A stretch of 64,000 nt of DNA from contig JABHRS010000037.1 of the NCBI GenBank assembly GCA_018670085.1, forward strand, positions 28,500-92,499. Reading direction: 5' to 3'. The notes beneath the pieces were generated by a model. It was not told where the DNA came from and ran no database searches. It saw only the letters and a list, made by a program, of their open reading frames with translations. Positions 30,843 through 40,900 of the stretch are shown piece by piece (the first letter of the stretch is position 1; each line of letters opens with the position of its first letter). Origin of the DNA: an archaeon (GTDB taxonomy: Archaea > Nanobdellota > Nanobdellia > Woesearchaeales > GW2011-AR9). The position numbers and the translations under genes were made by a program.

Positions 30843-31523
30843 GTGAAGACTTACGATAAACTTAAACTACTTGGACGAAAGACCTGGCACTTTCTCTGGC
30901 ATGACGAATCCATGTGGAGTTGGCTTGCAAATATTGTAATTGCATTCATCATTATTAAATTTATTTTCTACCCATTATTAGGATTAGTCCTAGGTACTGG
31001 GTTTCCAGTTGTTGCTGTTGTATCAGAAAGTATGGAACATAAATTATACAATGGAGAAATTTGTGGACAAGAATACGATTACTTCCCAAGTGGGTTTGAT
31101 AATTGGTGGGAAGTTTGTAGTTATTGGTATACAAATGAAGAGATTGATATTACAAAAGAGCAATTCGAAGAATTCCCCATACACAATGGATTCAATAAAG
31201 GTGACATCATAGTTCTTTGGCGTGCGAATGTTAACAACATTGATGTTGGTGACATCTTAGTATTTCAGTCTACAAAATCACAACCTATTATTCATCGAGT
31301 GGTTAAAATTTGGACAACTGAAAAAGAGAACGGAGAATTAGAATACCATTATCAAACCAAAGGAGACCATAATAGCGACTCATTTGCTGGATATCTTGGA
31401 GAAGATGACATCACAATTGATCGAGTTTATGGACAATCATTGTTTAGAATTCCTTTCCTTGGGTATATTAAAATCATCTTTGCAACTATTTTGCAATTGT
31501 TTGGAATTAATATTGTTGGGTAA
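30843..31523 (+). CDS. signal peptidase I (archaeal S26)
   Basis: VVSESME (Ser), KGDII, VGDILVF, IIHRV, TKGDHN. Confidence 0.93.
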   Translation: MKTYDKLKLLGRKTWHFLWHDESMWSWLANIVIAFIIIKFIFYPLLGLVLGTGFPVVAVVSESMEHKLYNGEICGQEYDYFPSGFDNWWEVCSYWYTNEEIDITKEQFEEFPIHNGFNKGDIIVLWRANVNNIDVGDILVFQSTKSQPIIHRVVKIWTTEKENGELEYHYQTKGDHNSDSFAGYLGEDDITIDRVYGQSLFRIPFLGYIKIIFATILQLFGINIVG

Positions 31524-31554
31524 GTTTATATCTATAATCACCATAAATTGAAAC

Positions 31555-32022
31555 ATGACAACAACAACTGCAAACCCAAGTGATATGATTCAAGTAGCAC
31601 AGCTTCTCAAAGAGTTCTATCCAACTCACAATTTATTCAATCAAACTGAAGACAAAATAGCAACTTACTTACAAACAGAATCAATTAATCATAAACTATT
31701 AATTTGCAAAAATGAAAATAAAGAAATTGTTGCAAGTAGTTTCGTTGTCAAAACCGGCGAATCTAGTGATCAATCACATAGCAGGTGGAAATTTCGCCAT
31801 TTCGCCTTTGTAAGTGAAGCAGCTGCAAAAGAATTATTGACTGCCTCTGAAGATTTAGTTAAAGGTCAATCCAAAACTGCAAAAATTGAACTCACAATTT
31901 CTGAAAGAGAAAAGAGTCTAAGTTTCTTTGAATCAAATGAATATAAGAAAGAAGGAACTTTAGCTAATCATTATCGTTGGAACGAATCCTGCTATATTCT
32001 TAGTAAAAGTTTTAGCAAATAA
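31555..32022 (+). CDS. GNAT-like acetyltransferase
   Basis: C-terminal FFESNEYKKEGTLANHY GNAT pattern. Confidence 0.65.
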   Translation: MTTTTANPSDMIQVAQLLKEFYPTHNLFNQTEDKIATYLQTESINHKLLICKNENKEIVASSFVVKTGESSDQSHSRWKFRHFAFVSEAAAKELLTASEDLVKGQSKTAKIELTISEREKSLSFFESNEYKKEGTLANHYRWNESCYILSKSFSK

Positions 32023-32094
32023 GTATAATTAGCTTCAAAAGATATTTAAAGCATTAAATTTCTGTTAAACTATAACAAACATAAAGGTGAAAGA

Positions 32095-32613
32095 ATGAAT
32101 CTATTAACTGATATTGCCCCTGGAACTGAAGACAACATGAATGTAATCATTGAAATTCCAGAAGGCTCAAGAAACAAATACGAATACGATAAAAAAAACA
32201 ATATTTTCGCATTAGATAGGCCACTAAATAGTAAATTTGCATATCCTGCGGACTACGGTTTTATTCCGCAAACACACTGCGATGATGGTGATCCATTAAA
32301 TGCATTTGTATTAATGCGTGAACCTGTATTTCCAGGAATTTTAGTACCAGCAAGACCTGTTGCTGTTTTGATTATGGAAGACGGTGGCGAACAAGATGAC
32401 AAACTAGTTTGTGTTCCAATCAAAGATAAGTATGCAGATAAAATTCAAGACAAAGAAGATCTCCCAGAACAACTTCTAAAAGAGATCAAACACTTTTTAG
32501 AACATTATAAAGATGTTAAAGGTGGGAATGTGAAAATTACTGCAATCGAAGGTAAAGCAAAAGCAATTGAAGTGTTTAAAGCATCAATTGAACTTTACAA
32601 ACAACAAAAGTAG
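32095..32613 (+). CDS. ppa: inorganic pyrophosphatase, family I
   Basis: IEIPEGSRNKYEYD, YPADYGFIPQT, DGDPL(N), DDKLV, HYK. Confidence 0.95.
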   Translation: MNLLTDIAPGTEDNMNVIIEIPEGSRNKYEYDKKNNIFALDRPLNSKFAYPADYGFIPQTHCDDGDPLNAFVLMREPVFPGILVPARPVAVLIMEDGGEQDDKLVCVPIKDKYADKIQDKEDLPEQLLKEIKHFLEHYKDVKGGNVKITAIEGKAKAIEVFKASIELYKQQK

Positions 32614-32722
32614 ATTATTTTTTCTTTTTAATTTTTATTTCTCTTATTTTTTTCTCTTATCAAGATTAAATTTATAAATTCAAGCAGAACAGTTATTAAA
32701 AAACAACCAAAACTCAAAGATT

Positions 32723-33163
32723 ATGCACCGAGAACCACTTTACTACATAGCACCAGTTGATAGTTTAGACTCAATTCTAAAAAAAGGAATTCTCACTCCA
32801 AAAGAAGTGCAAAGATTAATTGCAGAAAAAGAACTCCCTGCAGAAGTCTTAGGAGTTTCTTACGGTGGATTAGATTCATCAAATTTTCCAGATTATGTGT
32901 CAATGATTAGCAGTTTCAGTTTTGCAAAAGCAGTTGCAGAACAGATTTGTTTTGCCAAAACAGGACGATACAATGATTTTAATTTTACGGCAATTGGCTA
33001 CCGGATAAGAGCTGAGATCAGAGATTTGCCAGGATTCAAAAACGAAGATCAAGTTAAAGAGATGAGTCAAGAACCTTACCCTTCAGAAGTATTATTTGAA
33101 GGAAATATCCCCCCAGAATATATTCTCAAAAGAAGATTCAATGTTAGAACATATTCTTACTAA
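32723..33163 (+). CDS. hypothetical protein, ADP-ribosyltransferase (DarT-like) fold candidate
   Basis: LYYIAPVDSLDSILKKGILT at N-terminus and SEVLFEGNIPPEYI at C-terminus. Confidence 0.55.
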   Translation: MHREPLYYIAPVDSLDSILKKGILTPKEVQRLIAEKELPAEVLGVSYGGLDSSNFPDYVSMISSFSFAKAVAEQICFAKTGRYNDFNFTAIGYRIRAEIRDLPGFKNEDQVKEMSQEPYPSEVLFEGNIPPEYILKRRFNVRTYSY

Positions 33164-33225
33164 AAAACTACAGACAAAAAATATTAAACAAAAGATTTAA
33201 CTAAAACAAAAAAAATAAAACAATC

Positions 33226-33798
33226 TTGGTAACATTCAACACAATTCTTGGGATTTTTGCAATCATCATTTCACTAATTGCCTACATCCCATATTTTAGA
33301 GACATATTCAAAGGTAAAACAAAACCGCACGCTTATACTTGGCTTGTTTGGTCAATCTTAACTGCAATCGCTTTCGTCGCTCAAATTCTTGATGGTGCAG
33401 GAGCTGGTGCTTGGATTACAGCAGTCATATCAGTTGTTAGTATTACAATTTTTGTTTTAGCTTTAAACAGAGGAGAAAAAAACATCACCAAATCTGACAA
33501 GCTTAGTTTAGCTGCAGCATTTATCGCTTTACTACTTTGGTGGCTAACAAGCAGCCCATTAACTTCAATTATTTTGATAACTTTAGTTGACTTTTTTGCA
33601 TTCTATCCAACTATTCGAAAATCATACCACAAACCAATGGAAGAAACACTTTCAACTTACCTACTAGATGGAATTGCTTTTGTGTTTGCTGTCATCGCAC
33701 TTGAAAACTTCAGCATCATTTCAGCCTTGTACCCAGTTGCTTTAGTCTTTCTAAATCTAGGATTTGTATTGTTTTTAATGATTAGAAGAAAAAAATAA
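33226..33798 (+). CDS. membrane protein (PQ-loop/SWEET-like repeat)
   Basis: ~7 TM; PYFRDIFKGKTKPHAYTWLVW and PTIRKSYHKPMEE repeats. Confidence 0.75.
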   Translation: MVTFNTILGIFAIIISLIAYIPYFRDIFKGKTKPHAYTWLVWSILTAIAFVAQILDGAGAGAWITAVISVVSITIFVLALNRGEKNITKSDKLSLAAAFIALLLWWLTSSPLTSIILITLVDFFAFYPTIRKSYHKPMEETLSTYLLDGIAFVFAVIALENFSIISALYPVALVFLNLGFVLFLMIRRKK

Positions 33799-33825
33799 AA
33801 TTCGTAATAAACTAAGAACAAAAAA

Positions 33826-34227
33826 TTAATCATACATCCTAGGATCTACGCCCTTAAACTCCTGTACACCTTCAAACAAAGCCTCAGCAATGTTTACATC
33901 TTCATCATACAAAGCAGAAATTATTGCCCGATTTCTAATTTCTGGCAGAACATATAATTCACAATTCCTCTCAACTTCTTTTGCCCGAACTGCATAACAA
34001 TAATCTTCTTCAATTTTACGAACCAGGTCTGCAATGTCTCCTGGTCTATAATCTAAAACTCTACCAACTTCAGCAGCTTCAAACAAATAACTTGTTGAAA
34101 CACCCAAACGATACAATTCAGACTCATATTTATCCATATTTTCAAAAGAATCAATATCAACACCATCCCCCACTAATTGATCATATAATCTCTGATTTCT
34201 AGCCCAAGTATCTAAATTTAAACCCAT
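33826..34227 (-). CDS. hypothetical protein
   Basis: 133-aa ORF with upstream TATA. Confidence 0.65.
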   Translation of the reverse strand: MGLNLDTWARNQRLYDQLVGDGVDIDSFENMDKYESELYRLGVSTSYLFEAAEVGRVLDYRPGDIADLVRKIEEDYCYAVRAKEVERNCELYVLPEIRNRAIISALYDEDVNIAEALFEGVQEFKGVDPRMYD

Positions 34228-34372
34228 TTCAGATATAAAAACATATACAGTATTTATAAGAATTATAGTTTCACAGTATATAGCTTTGGAAGAAAAAGAA
34301 AAAACACCCCTTAATTTAAATAATATCCAAAATAATTTCTAAACCAAAGAGTCATAATATTCACTAAGCAAA

Positions 34373-34987
34373 ATGAATTACGAAAGCCAACTATTTGAAA
34401 TCGCACCTTCAATCAGAGAAGTAATGCTAAGTTCCAAGAGGTTGAACAATGGCAGTTTCTTAAGAGGCCGAACTGGGTGGATCAGAAGAGGAATAAAAAA
34501 TCCAGAATCAATTTATGAACATTCTTGTAAAGTTGCATTAGCTGCGTTCTACTTATTTGGAAATAATGAAGCACTTGAACTTGGAGCAATTCATGATTTT
34601 CCAGAGATATTCGAAGTAGACCATATCCCATGGGAAATTGATAATCTTGAAAAAATGTCCAGGGAGTATGCAGTTATGAGAAAATTAAAAGAGATTTTAC
34701 CAAATGGAAATCATTGGTATAATGTTTGGGACAAATATGAAACTAGAACAGGTATTGGAGAACTGGTTTATGAGTTAGATAAAATTTGTCCAGTGATTCA
34801 AGCAATAGAATATCTACCTGATTATCCTAACAACGATCTTGAAGAGTTCTATTCTTACACAAAAAAGAAAATAAGAAATCCTAAACTTCTCACATTACTA
34901 GACGAAATGTGGCTAAAGAGAGAAGAACATACAAAAAATGTTTATCAAGTATATTTTGACAAATTAAAAAAAATTCAGATAAATTAA
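34373..34987 (+). CDS. HD-domain 5'-nucleotidase-like (YfbR/HDDC2)
   Basis: RTGW, ESIYEHS, IHDFPE, ELDK. Confidence 0.85.
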   Translation: MNYESQLFEIAPSIREVMLSSKRLNNGSFLRGRTGWIRRGIKNPESIYEHSCKVALAAFYLFGNNEALELGAIHDFPEIFEVDHIPWEIDNLEKMSREYAVMRKLKEILPNGNHWYNVWDKYETRTGIGELVYELDKICPVIQAIEYLPDYPNNDLEEFYSYTKKKIRNPKLLTLLDEMWLKREEHTKNVYQVYFDKLKKIQIN

Positions 34988-35032
34988 CAACAAATGATTA
35001 AAAAATAAAAATTACAAAAGATTATAGAAAAC

Positions 35033-35746
35033 TCAGACCTTCACAGTATACACAAAGACTTCATCCCAAGGATTTTCTAAATGCATCATTTCTTTAACAC
35101 TAAGTTTCTCAAAATAACGACGCAATGGGCGCATAGAGTTCCCATGCACAGAAAGCGCAACGTTCACATGATACTTCTTAGAAATATTCAACAAGTCAGA
35201 GATAAATGATTTAACCCGTTTCTCAACATCTTTAATCGATTCTCCACCAGGAGGAGTAACTGAATATCCTCGTCTAATATGCATCAAATCCTTTTTACCA
35301 AATTTATCAATTAGTTCTTTCGTTTTGTTATAATTCAAAAAATCAGTTTTATGCCAATGCAGATATTCAACTAGATCGTGTTTACCTTCACTTTTTACAA
35401 ACCAAGTATGAGTTTTCCCTTCTAACTCACCGTATGAACGTTCAATTAATCTGTCATCACATAGCTTCACCTTCAGTTCAGAATGACCAGATAACGCAAT
35501 TTCCATGGTATCAACACTTCGAGAAAGTGATGAGTGAAAAGCAACGTCCACATGTTTTGAGTGCATTTTTTTGGCAACTTTTCTAGCATCCACTTTACCA
35601 AGATCAGTAAGTTTTGAATCACGCCATCCACAAAATTTGTGTAATTGATTAAATGAAGTATGCCCATGACGAAATACAAATATCTTTACAGTTTTACGCG
35701 CAGCATGTTTTTTAGTCCATTCATGTTTGCGATTCAAAACTGCCAT
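35033..35746 (-). CDS. gpmA: histidine phosphatase / cofactor-dependent phosphoglycerate mutase
   Basis: RHG, FCGWRD, ERSYGELEG, PPGGES, VHGNSMR. Confidence 0.8.
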   Translation of the reverse strand: MAVLNRKHEWTKKHAARKTVKIFVFRHGHTSFNQLHKFCGWRDSKLTDLGKVDARKVAKKMHSKHVDVAFHSSLSRSVDTMEIALSGHSELKVKLCDDRLIERSYGELEGKTHTWFVKSEGKHDLVEYLHWHKTDFLNYNKTKELIDKFGKKDLMHIRRGYSVTPPGGESIKDVEKRVKSFISDLLNISKKYHVNVALSVHGNSMRPLRRYFEKLSVKEMMHLENPWDEVFVYTVKV

Positions 35747-35811
35747 CCGTGATTCTAAATATGTCATAAAAGAAGGATAATTTTTAAGTAGAAAAAGCTT
35801 TCTGTTATCAT

Positions 35812-36426
35812 ATGTCAATATTCACAAAGATCAGATCATTCTTTGCAAAAAAAGAACCAGAAGCAGCAATTGTTCCAGTTACAAAAAAAGCAAACAAACA
35901 ACCAAGTAAAGAAGAGATCAGAGCAAAACAAAATAGAGCAAATCAACTTCTAAAAGATCAATTAGCAAAAGAAAAAACAAAAAAAGAGAATAAAGCAAAG
36001 AAACAAGCTTCAAAGACAACTAAGATTCCAGGAGCAAAAATTACAAAAGAAAAAACAACAACAAAGAAAAAAATGTATTCCCCCTCTAAAGAAAAACAAG
36101 CAGCATCTTTAGCCACAAAAAATAATACAGTTCTTTACATCACAGCTACTACTAAACGGCTTAAAGTAATTGAGTGGAGAAAATTAAAACCAAAAACATT
36201 ACTCAACAAAGAGCGTGAAGTAAGACGTACTCATAAAGGTGGGTTTAGTCAGGAAAAGTTTCAAAGTTTTGTAGATTCTCAAAAAGCCAAGACAGCTGAT
36301 TGGGTAGAAAGTAACCTGACAAAACATGGCGTACTTAGGCCACCGTTTGATGAAATTATTATTGATATTGTAGATGAGAAAGTTAAGAGAAGAGTAGAAA
36401 AGGTAGTTGAAAGTTTGAAGTTCTAA
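35812..36426 (+). CDS. Vms1/VLRF1-like release-factor domain protein
   Basis: RRTHKGGFSQEKF loop in the C-terminal half; Lys-rich N-terminus. Confidence 0.6.
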   Translation: MSIFTKIRSFFAKKEPEAAIVPVTKKANKQPSKEEIRAKQNRANQLLKDQLAKEKTKKENKAKKQASKTTKIPGAKITKEKTTTKKKMYSPSKEKQAASLATKNNTVLYITATTKRLKVIEWRKLKPKTLLNKEREVRRTHKGGFSQEKFQSFVDSQKAKTADWVESNLTKHGVLRPPFDEIIIDIVDEKVKRRVEKVVESLKF

Positions 36427-36628
36427 AATCCCAGTAAGATTACTAGTAAACTACAAAAATCACCATTTTTGAGCTTCTAGGATTTTTACACAAATCCTAG
36501 TAAACTTTATAAACCAGATTCAAATAAACCACTTGTTACAATTAAGCGCCAAAGAAGTGATGCTCTAAGGTACTTAGCTTCAAAAAATCATAAAAAATTA
36601 ATCAAAATAACAATTTAGGAGAATAAAT

Positions 36629-37333
36629 ATGGCAAAACAAAGTGTAGATGCATTAATTGAAGGTGGAAAGGCAACAGCAGCACCACCATTAGGTCCAGCT
36701 CTTGGTCCAACCGGAGTAAATATTGGTCTAGTAGTAGCTGAAATTAACAAAAAAACTGGCGATTTTAAAGGAATGAAAGTTCCAGTAAAAGTAACCATCG
36801 ATACTGAAACAAAGGAATTCGAAATTTCAATTGGAACCCCACCAGCTGCTCAACTAATCAAAAAAGAAGCTGGAGTAAAATCAGGTGCAGCTAATCCATT
36901 AACAGAAAAAGTTGCAGATTTACTTATTGAACAGATCATTAAAGTTTCAAACATGAAGCAAGACTCATTGCTTGGTAACGATACCAAAGCAAGAGTACGT
37001 GAGATTGTCGGAACTTGTCAATCAATGGGTATTATGGTTGAAGGAATGTCAGCAGCTGACGCTCTTGTAGCTATTGCTGAGGGTAAATTTGATGCAAAAA
37101 TTGCAAGCGGTAAAACAGAATTAACTGCTGAAGAACTAAAACATCAAGAAGAAGAAAAAATCAGATTAGCAGGAGAACTTGCTGAGAAGAAAAAAGTCTT
37201 TGTTGCTGAAGGAAATACTATCTTGAAATTAATGGAAGGAAAAGATGTTAAGAAAATCAGACAGAAAATGACTGAATCCGGAATTCCAATGACTGTGGTT
37301 AATGAATTAGCTCCAGCAGAAGAAAAGAAGTAA
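36629..37333 (+). CDS. rpl11: 50S ribosomal protein uL11
   Basis: GGKATAAPPLGPALGP, GMKVPVKV, GTPP, VGTCQSMG; C-terminal extension. Confidence 0.97.
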   Translation: MAKQSVDALIEGGKATAAPPLGPALGPTGVNIGLVVAEINKKTGDFKGMKVPVKVTIDTETKEFEISIGTPPAAQLIKKEAGVKSGAANPLTEKVADLLIEQIIKVSNMKQDSLLGNDTKARVREIVGTCQSMGIMVEGMSAADALVAIAEGKFDAKIASGKTELTAEELKHQEEEKIRLAGELAEKKKVFVAEGNTILKLMEGKDVKKIRQKMTESGIPMTVVNELAPAEEKK

Positions 37334-37464
37334 ACTTCTAATTTCTAAATTTTTATTTTTTTTATTTTTTTTAGTATACCAATCAGACAGAAGAAAAGTT
37401 ATGAATCCTCTCACAACATGGATCCTAAATTTTAAAGAATTTTATAAGAACTTACTTTATTACT

Positions 37465-37818
37465 TTACTGCTTCTTTGTAGGGATAGGCCTTGATCTTAC
37501 ACCAGTTCTGGTCTTAGATCTAACGCTTGATCTGTTTACAGTTCCAGAACTTACTGGAGCTCTAACTGGCGAACTTAGCACAGGTCTTAATCTGCCACCA
37601 CCAACTTTCAAATGATCCAACTCCTCAATTTCAGCTTTTTTAATTGACAAAATAGAAGAAGATAGATTTTCAACCAGCTCCAATACTTTTTTCGCTTTAT
37701 TCATTTGTTTCATTAAAAGCATCACAACAACAATTGCTTCAAGTAGCAAGAGCCCAGCTATAATAGAGAGAACAAATACTATTTCAACTAAAGGAACATC
37801 AACACCAAATACTAACAT
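37465..37818 (-). CDS. hypothetical membrane protein
   Basis: N-terminal TM plus coiled coil. Confidence 0.7.
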   Translation of the reverse strand: MLVFGVDVPLVEIVFVLSIIAGLLLLEAIVVVMLLMKQMNKAKKVLELVENLSSSILSIKKAEIEELDHLKVGGGRLRPVLSSPVRAPVSSGTVNRSSVRSKTRTGVRSRPIPTKKQ

Positions 37819-37912
37819 TTCATCCAAACCTCTCAATAAAACAATTTACTATGACCTTTACTATAACCATAATTATGATCATAACTACGATCACCAATTA
37901 TAACTATCATTT

Positions 37913-40900
37913 TCATGCATTTAAATCTTTCCTTAATTCCCCTAGATGATCTTTCATCCCACCTAAAGTATCAAACAATACTGGTCGAACTGGACCAAAA
38001 ACAAAAATAATCAAACATCCCCCAACAATCAATAATAAAAACAGAAATGCAATTTTTGCTTCTCGGTTTGGCAGAGTATCTTGATAAATAATGTAGGCTG
38101 CTTCTTCAGTCTGTTCATAAGCTACACTCACAATTTGAGAAAACGAAATTGCAGCAGTCATATCTGAAACTAATGCACCAGTCAACGAGTTCCCACCTTC
38201 CTCATAATTTTCCAGATCAGTTGATTCAGATTCCAATTCACTAGCTGCTATTTCGGATTCAATAGTATCTTGCAGATCATTTTCTGAGTCCAAATCAAGT
38301 AAAAAAGACTGAGAAGACAATTTACCCCTATCATCAGAGATCACCATATCAACAACATATTTACCACTTGAAAGCTGATCTGGATTATAACCAAACTTCT
38401 GTGCAAATACAAATCCTTCTTGATCAGAATCCACCCCTTCTAATTGAGTCGAAATATCATACGGTCCATAAACATCAGTAAATAAAATTCTTGAATCTGA
38501 TCCAGTCAGTAATGATCCTAAAAATGAAAATTTCCCACCTAAGTTTCCGAAACTACCTTCAGAAACATCTCTTAAACTAATTTCTAAATACTGACCATCG
38601 TAAACAGTGAACCCTGAATACGGATCAAATGAATCAATTAATTCACCTGGAATTCCAGCAATTGCTCCTGTTAAGCCATTAGCACTAACAGAATCAGTTA
38701 CAGACTGGATTAAAGAAGAATCAGTTTTTTCTCTTTCAATAATTACTGCAAAAACATCAATACTATTTCCATCTTCACTAGGTACAACTGAACTTGTAGT
38801 CACAACTTCACGCTTTATTTCTAATTCTTGAGTATAAACAGCTTCATCAGAAAGGTCCCCATCTTCTCCAGCAAAAAATGCCACTGTCACAAAAGTGTTA
38901 CTTGTAGTTGCATAACCACCTGTAACTTCTACTTGAACATTTTCAGTACTTCCAGGTGCAATTACAATTCTTTCAATTGCCCCAAGTGATGCACTAACCA
39001 TATCACTAGACACAGCAGATGAGGAAACTTTTAATGCACTGCCACCACTAGTGGCACCATCATATACTTTTCTTGTGATTACAGGTTTTACATCTTCAAC
39101 TTCTTGTGTTGCAATTGGTTTTAGAACCATTGATTTTTCTAAATCAGTATTTTGAATCGATAAAGTAATTTTTTCTCTTGGCAATTCTGCAACTCTTCTT
39201 GCATCATATGAACTATCTACTACAGCTGCAGTTTTTTGAGAGATATCAGAACTACCAAAATCAGCCTCAGATCCAGATTCAGATCCAGAACTATCACCAG
39301 TAGATGATCCACTTGAAGTACTGCCAGCATCGCCTGCTAAATTAGAACTTTCACTACCAGTATCATCAGTTTCACCTGACACTTCACTTATTTCTCCATC
39401 AGGACCAATAATTGTTCCGATGACAGGTGCATCCACAGGTTCAGAATCAATTAAATTTACTATTAAATTCTCTTTAACTAATTCAGGCGCCAATATTTCA
39501 TCAGCTGGAGGTAACTCAGCATTTATTGGTCCAACTACTTGACCTTCTTGTGTTGGTGCATATGCAACTGACCCATCAGAATCAGTGTTGCCTGAATCAG
39601 CTATATTACTATCAGCATCACTCCCCTCAGTTTCCGAATTTTCAGATTCTGAATTACTCTCTTCTGAAGATTCACTTTCACCACTATTCCCACTACTCCC
39701 ACTACTTCCGCTACCGCTACTTTCACAATCTTTTACTTCAATTGGTTTTCCATTATCTACACCACAAGCATTTGAATCCACACAACTTCTTGCTTGGGTA
39801 CTCCCAGTACATGCTTGCCATGCTCCACAAGACCAACTTGGAGAACAACTAAGTAATGGGAAATAATCCTCTACAGGTTCGGAATCAGTTATAGACACAG
39901 TATATGGAAGCAAAGTATCACCAACACCATCATAACTTACATTATTAGGATAAGATGAACCAGATCCATCATCTAAACCAGTATAGTTTTGCCAATAATT
40001 TCCACCAGTACAATTTCCACTGAGAATATTCAAATAATCATCTGAACAACCATAACTAATATTGTAAGTATTATTCCCTGCTGCCAAAATATTATTTCTA
40101 GTAGCGTTAAATTTATTATTATAAATTGAATTATCAAAACCCCAAGATAAATTTAATCCAGTGACTAAATTCTCAGCAACATTTCCTTCAATAGTACTAC
40201 TGTTCACATCTTCAAGTAAAAAACCATATTCTTCCGCACTAATAATTGACACATTAGTGATATTAACTGAACTTGCATGTCTAATTACAAAAGAATTTTC
40301 AAAGTCATCTACAAATCCATTTTTGATAACTAAACTACTTATATTCCCAATTGAAAAAGCATTTCCAGTATCATCACCGTTTATAGAATAACCTGCAAGG
40401 TCAATTACCAAACTGTTAGTTTCGATATCAAAACAATCTCCAGCAGCGTTAATATCTTCTGTTAAAGTCACACTACTAGTGAGAGTTCCACAACTAAGAT
40501 CAGCATCAGAGACGTTAATAATCACAGTTGCATTAGCATGACTAAGGCTAGTCAAGTTGATAGTTGAATTAACTGCGATGTCATATCCACTTTTTATTCC
40601 TTCAACAAAATGAGGTGTAGCATAATCCCATCCAGTAGAACTGATGGTTCCCTCAGACACAATTTGTCCAAGCACAAAACCATCACTTCCAGTTGTTGCA
40701 CTTAAAACAGACAGATTACTAATATTATAAATGTTAACTGTCGCTGCATTTACAGCTATTCCTGTTGAATTACTAACATTTACATCAACATACCACTGAA
40801 GCAAAATACTCGCATTTGACCCTGGATCAAAAGAGACATTATTTTTATCAAAAGTTACATTTCTAAAAATATGATCCCCTTGTAAACCAGCAACTTCATT

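Noticed and set aside
39240..39720. Short Ser/Gly/Glu-coding repeats
   Set aside because: Low-complexity protein linker, not a CRISPR array or DNA-level repeat.
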